NCBI GenBank assembly: GCA_965203355.1
Contig: OZ241889.1
Coordinates: 1,952,001-2,016,000 of the forward strand
DNA: 64,000 nt
Direction: 5' to 3'
Source: Candidatus Latescibacterota bacterium
GTDB lineage: Bacteria > Latescibacterota > UBA2968 > UBA8231
Shown here: positions 37,601 to 45,835 of the stretch, in pieces
Numbering within the stretch: position 1 is the first letter of the stretch
How the letters are laid out: each line of letters begins with the position of its first letter
The notes under the pieces: generated by a model
Seen by the model: only the letters and a program-made list of their open reading frames with translations
Database searches by the model: none
Told to the model about the DNA's origin: nothing
Program-made: the position numbers and the translations under genes

Positions 37601-39282
37601 CCTTTACGGCTCAAGCCTTCACCTCGGTGCAGAGCTATCTCAAGTTCTATCAGATCCCCCGCCCGAATGCGCCCAGCTACGAGGGGGCTCTGCTGCGCGA
37701 CCGGGGCTGGAAGGGCTTGCAGCTATCGGTGCTCGACTACGCGAAAAGCGCGTTTGGCAACCAAGCGCAGGTGCTGCCGAGGTCGTGGATTACTTCCAAG
37801 GTCATTGGCGAGCGGGCCTATATCGACATTGAACGCGAGCCAACGCAGAAGAAGAGTTTTGCCTCGGCGCTGCTCGGGGTGACGCCGGGCGAGGGGGCGC
37901 TGATGGGGCTGGAAGGGCTGTTGGTGGGGCCGGCGAGCCGCTGGTTTGCGGCAGATGAGCGCGACGTGTGTATCCTGCCGGTGGCTATGGCGGCGATCTT
38001 GGGCATTGGCCCGGCCGATGTGGGCACGGCCCAGATTGGGCTGATGGGACGGTCTTATCGAGTCATTGGCTTAATCGACGGCGAAGTCATCGACGGCCTG
38101 CGCGACTTGGACAACGAAAGCCCGATGCCGGTGGATACGGTCGCCGAGGCCAAGAAGATGGAGCAAATGGCCGACTTAGATCCGCGCCTGATGGACACGG
38201 CTGCGATTGAGACCTTTACCCATCTGCTGGCCAACAACGTGGCGTTTTTGCCCTACCAGCAGGTCGTCGATTTGGGCGGTACGCTGCGCTCCATTGCCAT
38301 CGCGGGCTTTGCCGATCGGGAGACCTTGCTCGCCGCGGTGGAGGAGTTTGTGTCGCGGGTGGCGGTGCCGCTTTTTGTCGGGGCCGACGACCGCGTGCGG
38401 GTGTACACGTCTATGGGATCGGCGTCCTTAGCCGGGATTGGCAATCTCTTTGTGCCCTTGTTGATTGCCTCGCTGATCGTGCTCAACACCATGCTCGGAG
38501 CCGTGTACGAGCGCGCTGGCGAGATCGGCGTGTACTCGTCGGTGGGGCTGGCCCCGAGCCACATTGCCGCGCTCTTCATCGCCGAGGCCCTCGTGTTTGC
38601 CATTGTCGGCGCGGTGTTGGGCTATTTGGTCGGGCAGACGACGACGCTGCTGCTGGCGCACTACGCGCTCTTGGGCGGGATGTTTCTCAATTACTCGTCG
38701 TTGTCGGCGATTTTCTCGACCTTGGTGGTGATGGTGGTAGTGGTGCTCTCGACCTTGTATCCAGCGCGCAAGGCCGCCAACATGGCCGTGCCCGACGTGA
38801 CGCGGCGCTGGGAGTTCCCGCCGCCCGATGGCGACGACTGGTGCTTTGATTTTCCCTTTACGCTGGGTAAGGGCGATGCCTTAGGCTCGTGCGCGTACCT
38901 GCATCGAGTTTTCTCGTCGTATGGCGAGGGATCGGTGGGCGACTTTATGACCGAGGGCGTGGATTTTCACTTGGAGCAGGGCGGCGCGCAGCCGGTCTAT
39001 CGGCTGGAACTGATGGTGTGGCTGGCGCCCTACGATTTGGGCGTGAGTCAGCGGGTGTGCTTGCGCACCTTGCCGACCGACGACATGCCGGGCATTTACC
39101 GCATTGAGATGCACTTGCAGCGCGTCAGCGGCGATGTGGTGAGCTGGCAGCGGCTCAATACCAGCTTCCTCAATGTGCTGCGCAAGCGCTTCTTGGTCTG
39201 GCGGACGATTGCGCCCGAGGTGCGGGAGGAATACTTGGCGGCGGGTGAGAAGTTGGCGGCGGGGATGGGGGTGGCGGTTTAG
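34675..39282 (+). CDS. Fusion of PA + degenerate M28-peptidase-like ectodomain with FtsX/MacB-like permease
   Basis: N-terminal TM; GSRVPGY.G, PA-like insert, AYYD...APGAE; later TM bundle, GISNLRKRKLRTALT, and VYERAGEIGVYSSVGLAP.HI..LF.AE (FtsX-type motif). Confidence 0.82.
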   Translation: MAKPKLLNALFLLFAAAMIAVVGFGDPGAVNRAVNDFFGWAPNPPVEARMVEPAQAAALRALVADIDEAEIAAEIARFAAFGSRVPGYAGERQARDYVRQRFEALGLEDVQSEAFKVAVPIDRGGELVVQGGDSKRLYSLWPNSVRTPSLGPDGVRGPLIYGGQGALEALDGQRVEGSVVLLDFASGQNYLHAASLGAKAIVFFDNGGVNREQAADKFLKVPVDIPRFWLERQDALDLLARWRDGPVAVHLNARMDWEGVEAHNVYGYLPGSPEMLPAKSREKPQAWRDQTIVVQAYYDAISVVPALAPGAENAAGIVALLQLVELLKAYRPHYSVLFLATSGHFEGLSGINDFLYRHSRRSDYFRERMSEAERIDFDLMLSLDLSSHAAGTVSFGMGTFYNPKWRTDNYIKYMLTPYSKRLSLAVEETFGDTTRHYEGLAPPKRTWKNFMPIPLAFASEAAAFVGQKALALATANDARERIDTPLDLPEAVDAQNLTRQIQTLGAMVAWAGRDAALLKPTKLELEDYGHSLAGAIYWFDRDVNFAVPKKPVPQALVTYQQLGPNSVGGVRTLIAQEADDAGRFRFDIMRNRLSNAIRAYELSPHGEIISAPDLGQEGDETYPTVHPWGWWENEMLQVLFKCRALSLFETVDSRYLSVLDHVTVLDERDGVPQSWGADFVERQSHEESKVTLAAVVYAQPGTQVKALMSTSLFGVRYLLSGAPAAWVADPVRPADVDAATMKQALGRGYPVDRGVVLRPGYAAARDMWVLDDVRIKQLARYGVRNDKFMRLHEEARLALLEAEEHLQARRYSEFKRATRKAWGLEGRGYPDIKSTADDTVYGVIFYFALLLPFSFCCERLFFGFADIRRQVAGAAFFFLAIFLIMRVIHPAFKLSSSPYIIFLAFVIFAIGGTALLMILGRFTRAVGQRKRAAAGVHEADIGRLSATAAAASLGISNLRKRKLRTALTVVTLTLLTFTAQAFTSVQSYLKFYQIPRPNAPSYEGALLRDRGWKGLQLSVLDYAKSAFGNQAQVLPRSWITSKVIGERAYIDIEREPTQKKSFASALLGVTPGEGALMGLEGLLVGPASRWFAADERDVCILPVAMAAILGIGPADVGTAQIGLMGRSYRVIGLIDGEVIDGLRDLDNESPMPVDTVAEAKKMEQMADLDPRLMDTAAIETFTHLLANNVAFLPYQQVVDLGGTLRSIAIAGFADRETLLAAVEEFVSRVAVPLFVGADDRVRVYTSMGSASLAGIGNLFVPLLIASLIVLNTMLGAVYERAGEIGVYSSVGLAPSHIAALFIAEALVFAIVGAVLGYLVGQTTTLLLAHYALLGGMFLNYSSLSAIFSTLVVMVVVVLSTLYPARKAANMAVPDVTRRWEFPPPDGDDWCFDFPFTLGKGDALGSCAYLHRVFSSYGEGSVGDFMTEGVDFHLEQGGAQPVYRLELMVWLAPYDLGVSQRVCLRTLPTDDMPGIYRIEMHLQRVSGDVVSWQRLNTSFLNVLRKRFLVWRTIAPEVREEYLAAGEKLAAGMGVAV

Positions 39283-39312
39283 CTGACCGAGCGAGACGCT
39301 ACTTTTCTGTTG

Positions 39313-39747
39313 TCATTCCTCTTTTACAGTGCCCAATTGTACCGCTGGGTTCTCGGTTTTTTCTTTTGCGGCGGCGGTAGCGAGTTTTTGGTCGAAGGTC
39401 GCCAGCTTGGCCTTGCGGCGGATGGCTGTTTCTAAGTAGCTAGCATCGTATATAGTTAGGTCATGGCGTTGTGCAAGCTCCAAAACCGCCGTTTCGTCGT
39501 GTTCGTCGTCCACAGTGAACGAGAAATCTTGGGTAAGTTGAAGCAAGCAATCATTCAGGTCGCTTTGTTTGATTCGCCCCCTTTTCATCGCCATCAGTAG
39601 GACGTTGCGTACCTCATACCAGAAAATAGCTGGCGTCATACAGTCTCCGGCAGGTAAATTTTTCACTATTTCTTTGGCCGATTGATTGTGCTCTTCGTCT
39701 TTCAACAGAGCGGCAATCATCACTGATGCGTCGAGCACGGTAAGCAT
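39313..39747 (-). CDS. vapC: PIN-domain (VapC-like) ribonuclease toxin
   Basis: MLTVLDASV, YEVRNVL, LTIYDASYL, LATFDQKL with the acidic tetrad intact; ATG overlaps the res stop (TGATG at 39749-39745). Confidence 0.92.
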   Translation of the reverse strand: MLTVLDASVMIAALLKDEEHNQSAKEIVKNLPAGDCMTPAIFWYEVRNVLLMAMKRGRIKQSDLNDCLLQLTQDFSFTVDDEHDETAVLELAQRHDLTIYDASYLETAIRRKAKLATFDQKLATAAAKEKTENPAVQLGTVKEE

Positions 39748-42590
39748 CAGCGTCTCCCCTCGTCTCTCCAAGCCCGTATCTCATCCTGTGTTACGGGATC
39801 CATTCTTCTGAGTCGCTCATTGGCAACCTTGAACGCTTGCGCCATGACTAGTTCTTGCAGCGTCGGGTGATGGTCCGAAAATTCTGACTGATTGATGCGC
39901 GTGTATTTCCAAGGCTTTCCAGTGATTTCGCTTACGCGTTTGCACCAGTCCCGTGCGGCGGCGTCCTTTTCGACAGTGCCTTCCCATACTCGGCCTTTGG
40001 TTTCGAGGATCCAATGCACTAGACCGTCCCGCGCCTTCTGCACAGCGATCCAGTCAGGATAGTAGAAGCCGATGGCCCCACTGGGCTTTAGGTAATCGAT
40101 GCGGAACACGGTTCCAGATGCGCCCTGTTCTGTCGTTCCAAGCGCGGCAAAGCTAAGGATGTCTTGGGCTTTGTCGAGGAATTCGGCAAAGCTGCGCTCA
40201 AAGGCGTTGTACGTGGCCACGAAGTTGAAGATGGTCTTTTTTGCTTCCAATGGCGGCAAGTTGCGCCGCCAGCTAAAGGCTTTTGTCAGGGATAGAAGAG
40301 CATTCTCATGCTCAAGTTCGACAGTACGCCGCTCAATGGTAAGCGTAGCGACCTCGCGGGCGATGTATTTGGCAATGCCCTCCTGCAATTCTAGTCGGGC
40401 CAGATGAGAGCGGACGGTTTCATCGGTCAGTTCGATTTTTCGCCCAAAACAACGGTTCACGACGTAGTCTTGCACAATCGGATACATCTCCGCAAAGCGG
40501 TTGGTCAGCTTAGCACGGTCAGCGGCTTTGTTGGCGATGCTCGCCAGAAGTTCTTGGGCGGGACGTGGCTCAACAGCAATGTCGGTTTGATGGACCTCGG
40601 TCTCCGTGGTAGTAAATTCCATCTTCAGACTGATTCGGAATGGTTCGGCTAGTTCTTCTTGATTGAAAATCGCTTCAAGCGAACACACATCCAAGGTGGA
40701 CAGCTTGCGGAAATTATGCTTTAGGTTCGGCTTGGTTATAGGCAGGGCAATGTCGTATTGAAGCCGTTCTTGCATGGGTTTGACGACGACTGGACGCGGC
40801 GGATTTTCCTTCGTGTCCATCACGCCAACGCCCTCGGCTTCGAGTTGTTCGCGCAGGACTTTGAGCAGGTTGCGCGTACCAAGTACCTCAAGCGTCTGCG
40901 TTTGGTCTGGGCTTACCTGTGCCATCAGGCGCAGGCCACGCCCGATCACCTGCTCCGGGAGTATTTCGGCTTTCGCGGTGAAAGGTCGCAGCCCAAGCAC
41001 AACCGTCACGTTGCGGACGTCCCAGCCTTCGCGCAGCATCATTACACTGACAATCGCCTTGATCTTGCTCGTGGCCTTGTCGATGTCTCGCGCTGCTTGT
41101 CGGGCTTTGTCAAGGTCTCCTTGCCGAACTTCTCCGGTATTGTCCGTGTGGATAACGAGTACCTCGGATTCCTTGAAGCCGAATGCCGGTGTTGTCCACA
41201 GGTATTTTCCCAAGGCGTCCGCATAGACATTTTTCTCGGCCATGATAAAGAGCACCGGCCTCGTGTTGAGCTGTTTGTAAACTGTCCAGTGTTCCTGCCA
41301 GCGTTGCACGGCAGCCTGCAACCAGTAGCTATACTTCTCTGCCACGTTTTCTTTTGTAATCCCGGCCGGATCTTCGTTTGGCTGATTCGGGTCGTCCGCC
41401 TTGGTTACGATGAGTGGTGCTTTGACGATTTTATCTTCTACGGCTTGGGCTAACGGGTAGTCCACGACCGTCCATGGGAAGTACATGCCGTTCTGGTCTT
41501 TTGGCGTGGCCGAAAAGTCGAGCCAAGCGCAGAGACCTTGCGGCAGCGTTTTGTGAATGGCTAATAATGATTTATTCCAAGCCAAGTCGTCTTGGTGGAC
41601 GTGATGCGCTTCGTCATTTAGCACGACGAGATCCTGCAAAGACTTCACACGCTCTAGCATGGAACGCTGGCTGGATGATGCGAGGTCTTTTTCGGGCTTC
41701 CGGCCTAAAAGGGCATCAACGGCGTTTGCCAGTATCCTCTCCTCGTCGCGAGATTCGTAGAGTTGGTGGATGTTGGAGAGGAACAAGTTCCCGGAGGGGG
41801 CCGGTTCGGGCGTCTCGCCGCGCAAGATCACCTTTTGCGCGAAGTGGCCTTTCCACTCAGGTGGAATCAGGGGCAACTCGTGGAATATGCGATTGTTGGC
41901 AAAGTCCTTTTCTAGCCGCTGATAGACGATCACGTTGGGGGCTACGATGAGAAAATTGGTGGAGAGTTCCGAGCCGGGGACGCGCTGCTTGTGGAAGCGG
42001 GACCAGACGATGGCCATGGCCATCACCCAAGTTTTACCCGAACCAGTGGCCATTTTGAAGGCGAAGCGGCGCAGGTTTTCGGGTGGAAGGTCCTGTTCGC
42101 CATCTCGGTTTAGTTCCGGCACATAACGGCGAATTTGCCGCTGACCGTTCATCGTGGTCTGAAATTCGATATTACTTGAGAATAAGTCTTTCTGAGTGAT
42201 TTTTCCGTATGTCTCGATGAGGGCCTTGACATCTCGCTGATTGGCGATCTCTACCAGCCACACCAGCGTCTCAATCGCTTCGCGTTGGCAAAAGTAATAG
42301 CGGAACGGCGCGTTAAATCCGCTGATTTCGTGGTCCTCGTCAAACCAATACTCAAACAAGCGGCGAGTGACTTCGGATGCACCTGTATAGTCACTGTCGC
42401 GCCAAGCATCTACTTTGTCGCGGATTTTCGGCACCAATAGGATATTGCTCGGGCGTCGGCCGGATGTATCCTCGCGCCAGCCGGAAGGTACGGCAGCATC
42501 TTTGACCAAGTGGGACGTGGGTCTTTCCCACGGACAGCGATCGCGGATTTCCGGCAGGTCCTGGTCGTAATTAATGACGGCTTGTGCCAT
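39747..42590 (-). CDS. res: Type III restriction Res subunit (SF2 helicase + nuclease) with extra C-terminal tail
   Basis: YFCQREAIET, MATGSGKT (Walker A), DEAHH, FSATP, MLREGWDV, QVIGRGLR, PDW...ILETKG (PD-ExK nuclease). Confidence 0.92.
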   Translation of the reverse strand: MAQAVINYDQDLPEIRDRCPWERPTSHLVKDAAVPSGWREDTSGRRPSNILLVPKIRDKVDAWRDSDYTGASEVTRRLFEYWFDEDHEISGFNAPFRYYFCQREAIETLVWLVEIANQRDVKALIETYGKITQKDLFSSNIEFQTTMNGQRQIRRYVPELNRDGEQDLPPENLRRFAFKMATGSGKTWVMAMAIVWSRFHKQRVPGSELSTNFLIVAPNVIVYQRLEKDFANNRIFHELPLIPPEWKGHFAQKVILRGETPEPAPSGNLFLSNIHQLYESRDEERILANAVDALLGRKPEKDLASSSQRSMLERVKSLQDLVVLNDEAHHVHQDDLAWNKSLLAIHKTLPQGLCAWLDFSATPKDQNGMYFPWTVVDYPLAQAVEDKIVKAPLIVTKADDPNQPNEDPAGITKENVAEKYSYWLQAAVQRWQEHWTVYKQLNTRPVLFIMAEKNVYADALGKYLWTTPAFGFKESEVLVIHTDNTGEVRQGDLDKARQAARDIDKATSKIKAIVSVMMLREGWDVRNVTVVLGLRPFTAKAEILPEQVIGRGLRLMAQVSPDQTQTLEVLGTRNLLKVLREQLEAEGVGVMDTKENPPRPVVVKPMQERLQYDIALPITKPNLKHNFRKLSTLDVCSLEAIFNQEELAEPFRISLKMEFTTTETEVHQTDIAVEPRPAQELLASIANKAADRAKLTNRFAEMYPIVQDYVVNRCFGRKIELTDETVRSHLARLELQEGIAKYIAREVATLTIERRTVELEHENALLSLTKAFSWRRNLPPLEAKKTIFNFVATYNAFERSFAEFLDKAQDILSFAALGTTEQGASGTVFRIDYLKPSGAIGFYYPDWIAVQKARDGLVHWILETKGRVWEGTVEKDAAARDWCKRVSEITGKPWKYTRINQSEFSDHHPTLQELVMAQAFKVANERLRRMDPVTQDEIRAWRDEGRR

Positions 42591-42591
42591 G

Positions 42592-44442
42592 CTATTTCAC
42601 CTCCACGTCAAGAGCTTGCGAGGTATCGTTGCCGAAGATGTCGATTACCTTGACTAGCACTCGGTATTTGCCAGGTTGCCCGTATGTGTGGGGATCGGAA
42701 GCGAGCAGGAGGGTGCGGTTTTTGCGGGTGCGGTAGGAGACCCAGCCCTGCATGAAGGTGTCGTTTTGAAAGTCCCAGTCAACGGCCCAGTAGTCGATGT
42801 AGTCGGACCACTTCGCAACTTTGTCGCGCACTTCGTCGGGGATGAGTTCCGAGTTGGGGATGACGAAGTTTTGCAGTTTCACTTGCGCGGTGAGTTTCTG
42901 CGGTTTTTTGACCGTTGCCTTTAGATAAGCCAGCTCGAAGAAGCGGACATCGCCTTTAGCGGTCGCCTGTTCTTCCATGACTTCGCGGGGGATTTGCAAC
43001 AGCGAAAGGTTGACGCCTTTGTTTTTTGCTGCTGGCACCACGAGGTTTTGTAAGCCCATTTCCCATTCCCAGCCGAGGATATGCAGGTCTTTTTGCTTGA
43101 GCTTGGTGCATTCTTCCACGGCGTTGTCGATTTCGTCTAAGGTCACAGGCGCGTCTACTGCGCCGATGTGGATTAAGGCGCGGCCTTTTTTGCCGTGTAG
43201 ATGCGCTAGGCCCGAAAGCGGCTGTGCGCCGTAGAGTTTGAGGATGAAGGCGAGGTATTCGTAGAGTGCTTGCTCGGATGGCGGCTGATTTGCGTTACCA
43301 AACGTCACACCTTGCCAGTACTGGCGCTCGTATTTGCCGAGATTGAGAATCTCGAAGGGCTTGCAGTTTTCAATGCCGAGCAGACGCTTGCGGGTGACGT
43401 GGATGCCCCAGCGACCCAAGTCGCAGCCGATCCAGCGGCGGCCTAGTTTTTCGGCGACGGCGAGCGTGGTGCCAGAGCCGCAGAAGAAGTCGGCGACGAT
43501 ATCATTCGGGTTAGAGCATGTTTCGATGATTCTGCGAAGTAGAGCCTCTGGTTTCTGCGTTGGATAACCCGTTCTTTCGTTTCCAACGCCCGCGATGATG
43601 GAGATGTCCCATACGTCTCGAAGGGGTAGTCCTTTAGTAGGTTCATCAATTGTGATTTTTCTTGTTCTTGTTTCTGGATCAAGAATCTGCGTTTTCCCCC
43701 CGAATCTCTTTTCGTAGCTCTCCGATACATCTTCATATTGCTTATGGAATCGGTGCTCCTGATGTTTAGAGGTTTTGCGATAAAACAGTATATCGTCGTG
43801 CATTTTCTGAAATACTGATTGAGTACCTGGCCATCTCTTATAGCTCCATATTATATGGTTGCAGAATTGGCTTGAGCCCATGATCTCGTCCATTATTTGA
43901 CGAACCGTGGCCGATGTCGTTGAGTCCAAGTGAACAAACATTGAGCCATGTGGTGCAAGTAGTTCTCTCATTATCATAACGCGAGAAGAAATCATGCTGA
44001 AAAATGAAGAAAGTCCTTTTCCCCACGTATCCCTGTACGCCTTTTCTTCAATTATAGATTGTTCCTTTGGAATTTTTTCATTTGACTCTCCAATCTGAGC
44101 CATAAACGAAAAATCCGCTCCTGTCGCAAAAGGCGGGTCTATGTAGATCAGGTCAATTTTCCCAGCGAATTTTTCTAGCAACGAACTCATCACCAGCAGG
44201 TTGTCGCCCCAAACGAGCTTGTTCTTCCAGCCATCTTCAAAGGTGTCGCCTTCATTACCTTCGTACATGTCGAATAGTGACAATCCTTTAGTTTTTTGTA
44301 CCTCGCGCGTGGCGCGGCTTTCATTGACCGTCTCAATCACTTGAAAAGGCAGATTAACTCGCGGAACCTCCCTGAGTGTACCATCCTCGTCGTACTTGCC
44401 GGGCCATACTAGTTCCGTCTTGGTGATGTCGATTTTTGCCAT
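42592..44442 (-). CDS. mod: Type III Mod, beta-class adenine methyltransferase
   Basis: WGDNL, IYIDPPF (motif IV), YPTQKPEALL, DFFCGSGTT (motif I), C-terminal VKVIDIFGND; AAGGAG RBS; 1 bp from res. Confidence 0.94.
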   Translation of the reverse strand: MAKIDITKTELVWPGKYDEDGTLREVPRVNLPFQVIETVNESRATREVQKTKGLSLFDMYEGNEGDTFEDGWKNKLVWGDNLLVMSSLLEKFAGKIDLIYIDPPFATGADFSFMAQIGESNEKIPKEQSIIEEKAYRDTWGKGLSSFFSMISSRVMIMRELLAPHGSMFVHLDSTTSATVRQIMDEIMGSSQFCNHIIWSYKRWPGTQSVFQKMHDDILFYRKTSKHQEHRFHKQYEDVSESYEKRFGGKTQILDPETRTRKITIDEPTKGLPLRDVWDISIIAGVGNERTGYPTQKPEALLRRIIETCSNPNDIVADFFCGSGTTLAVAEKLGRRWIGCDLGRWGIHVTRKRLLGIENCKPFEILNLGKYERQYWQGVTFGNANQPPSEQALYEYLAFILKLYGAQPLSGLAHLHGKKGRALIHIGAVDAPVTLDEIDNAVEECTKLKQKDLHILGWEWEMGLQNLVVPAAKNKGVNLSLLQIPREVMEEQATAKGDVRFFELAYLKATVKKPQKLTAQVKLQNFVIPNSELIPDEVRDKVAKWSDYIDYWAVDWDFQNDTFMQGWVSYRTRKNRTLLLASDPHTYGQPGKYRVLVKVIDIFGNDTSQALDVEVK

Positions 44443-44549
44443 TGTATTGCTCCTTAAATTTCTCAGAGCCTCGTTCGGCTGCTGATTCCCTATTCGCAGT
44501 TTTAGGAACGTTTCTCAGATGAGGATGTCAAAACCAACGAGTGCAAGGC

Positions 44550-45239
44550 TCATAATAGCCCGGCCTTGCTAAAACTGAAAGTCTGCGACTCCGACACGAT
44601 CAGGTGGTCGGCAACCCGCAAGCCAATGGTTTCGGCGGCGAGCACGATAGCACGCGTGACCAGTTTGTCTTGCTCGCTCGGCTCGACGTTGCCGTTTGGA
44701 TGGTTATGCGCGAGTACAAGGGCCGCCGCTTGGCGTTTGAGCGCGGCTTCTACGACGCGGCGTGGATACACCGCTGCGCGATCAATTGTACCTTCCTGAA
44801 GCATTTCGACGCCATTGTGAAGTAGCCGATATGCCGAGTCGAGGTACGCCACGGCAAATACTTCGTGCTTGAGGTGGCCGATCTGCATACGCCAGAAGTT
44901 ACTGATCCGCTCCGGGTCACTCAGCACTTCCGCTTCTTCTGATACTTCCTGCAAGTAGCGCGTCGCCGCTCCGCGGATGACCTTTAGGGAGATCGCGGTG
45001 ACCTCGCCGATACCCTTGACTGACCGCAATTCGGCTAGGGGCGCGTCCAAAATCCCTCGCAGACTGCCGAAGCGATTGAGCAGGGCCTTGGCTTGTTGCT
45101 TCACGTCCGAGCGAGGGATGGCCAAGGTCAATAGCAATTCAACGACCTCGTGTTCGGCGAATCCGTCAAAGCCGCTCTTGAGGAAGCGATCGCGGAGCCG
45201 CTTGCGGTGCCCGTGGTAGTGCGGTTCAATCTTCGCCAT
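44550..45239 (-). CDS. radC: RadC/JAB-domain protein
   Basis: GHRKRLR, HhH VKGIG, EVF, VYPR, AHNHPNG..EPSEQD, DHLIV. Confidence 0.93.
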   Translation of the reverse strand: MAKIEPHYHGHRKRLRDRFLKSGFDGFAEHEVVELLLTLAIPRSDVKQQAKALLNRFGSLRGILDAPLAELRSVKGIGEVTAISLKVIRGAATRYLQEVSEEAEVLSDPERISNFWRMQIGHLKHEVFAVAYLDSAYRLLHNGVEMLQEGTIDRAAVYPRRVVEAALKRQAAALVLAHNHPNGNVEPSEQDKLVTRAIVLAAETIGLRVADHLIVSESQTFSFSKAGLL

Positions 45240-45678
45240 TATCCTGCTCTTTAGATTTGTTCAAACATTCGCGCCCGGCTGTCGTCAGGCGATAGCGTTG
45301 CTTGCTGCTGCGCGGCTTGTCGGGAATCGTCATTTCGATTAGACCGGCTTGCAGGGCGGGGAGCAGGTAGGTTGCTCGGAAATGATCCTCGTGCTTCAAG
45401 TTGAGAGCGTCTTGGATTTGTCGTCTGCTCATTTCGCCTGACATTACATCTAGCAGACGCACTTCCCCGGTAACTTCCCCGGTAACTTCCCCGGTAACTT
45501 TCCCGGTAACTTGATCTTCTAGTTCCCGCACTTCGGGATCCGGCCGAAAAATAACGACGAAAAATGCTCCCCGGACCTTGAATTCCGGTTCTGGGCAACC
45601 TTGTTCCCGCGCTTCGTCCCGAATACGGCGGATGCCAGTGCCTTGCTGGATGAGCATATCAAGATCCGCAGATTTCAT
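45226..45678 (-). pseudogene. Probably internally deleted AlbA_2/HATPase-wHTH regulator remnant (still an open frame)
   Basis: MKSADLDMLIQQG (AlbA_2-like start) joined to TGIRRI...PEPEF (end of HATPase_c_4-like domain), VTGE repeats, and C-terminal YLLPAL..GLIEMTIPDKPRSSKQRYRLT wHTH. Confidence 0.6.
45461..45512. repeat. 12-bp tandem repeat, about 4.3 copies (ACTTCCCCGGTA)
   Basis: Three perfect units, one with a single mismatch, one partial; encodes VTGK/VTGE on the minus strand. Confidence 0.92.
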
Positions 45679-45835
45679 AGATTCTGAGGCCGCCGGTGTC
45701 GCTTGGTTGTGGAATGGACCTGCGTTGCGCGATGAGACTGCTCAATTGATAGGGTTTGCACGCTTGATGTCAAGCTGTGGGGGTGTTCTGCTATTGTCTC
45801 GGCCCGGCCGTCCCATACTTTAAGGCAGGCAAAAA

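Larger units (their letters stand above)
39313..45678 (-). other. Defence islet (regulator remnant-radC-mod-res-vapC)
   Basis: Five co-oriented minus-strand genes, AT-richer than the flanking + strand genes; no integrase or att pair seen. Confidence 0.7.

Noticed and set aside
39748-39771. Longer vapC start (TTG 39771) from the ORF track
   Set aside because: The ATG at 39747 gives the typical M..VLDAS start and a TGATG coupling with res.
45461-45512. 12-bp repeat as a phase-variation switch
   Set aside because: The unit is a multiple of 3, so copy changes keep the frame; such linker repeats are common in this protein family.
39283-45835. Defence islet as an autonomous mobile element
   Set aside because: No integrase, transposase, terminal repeats or tRNA target seen.
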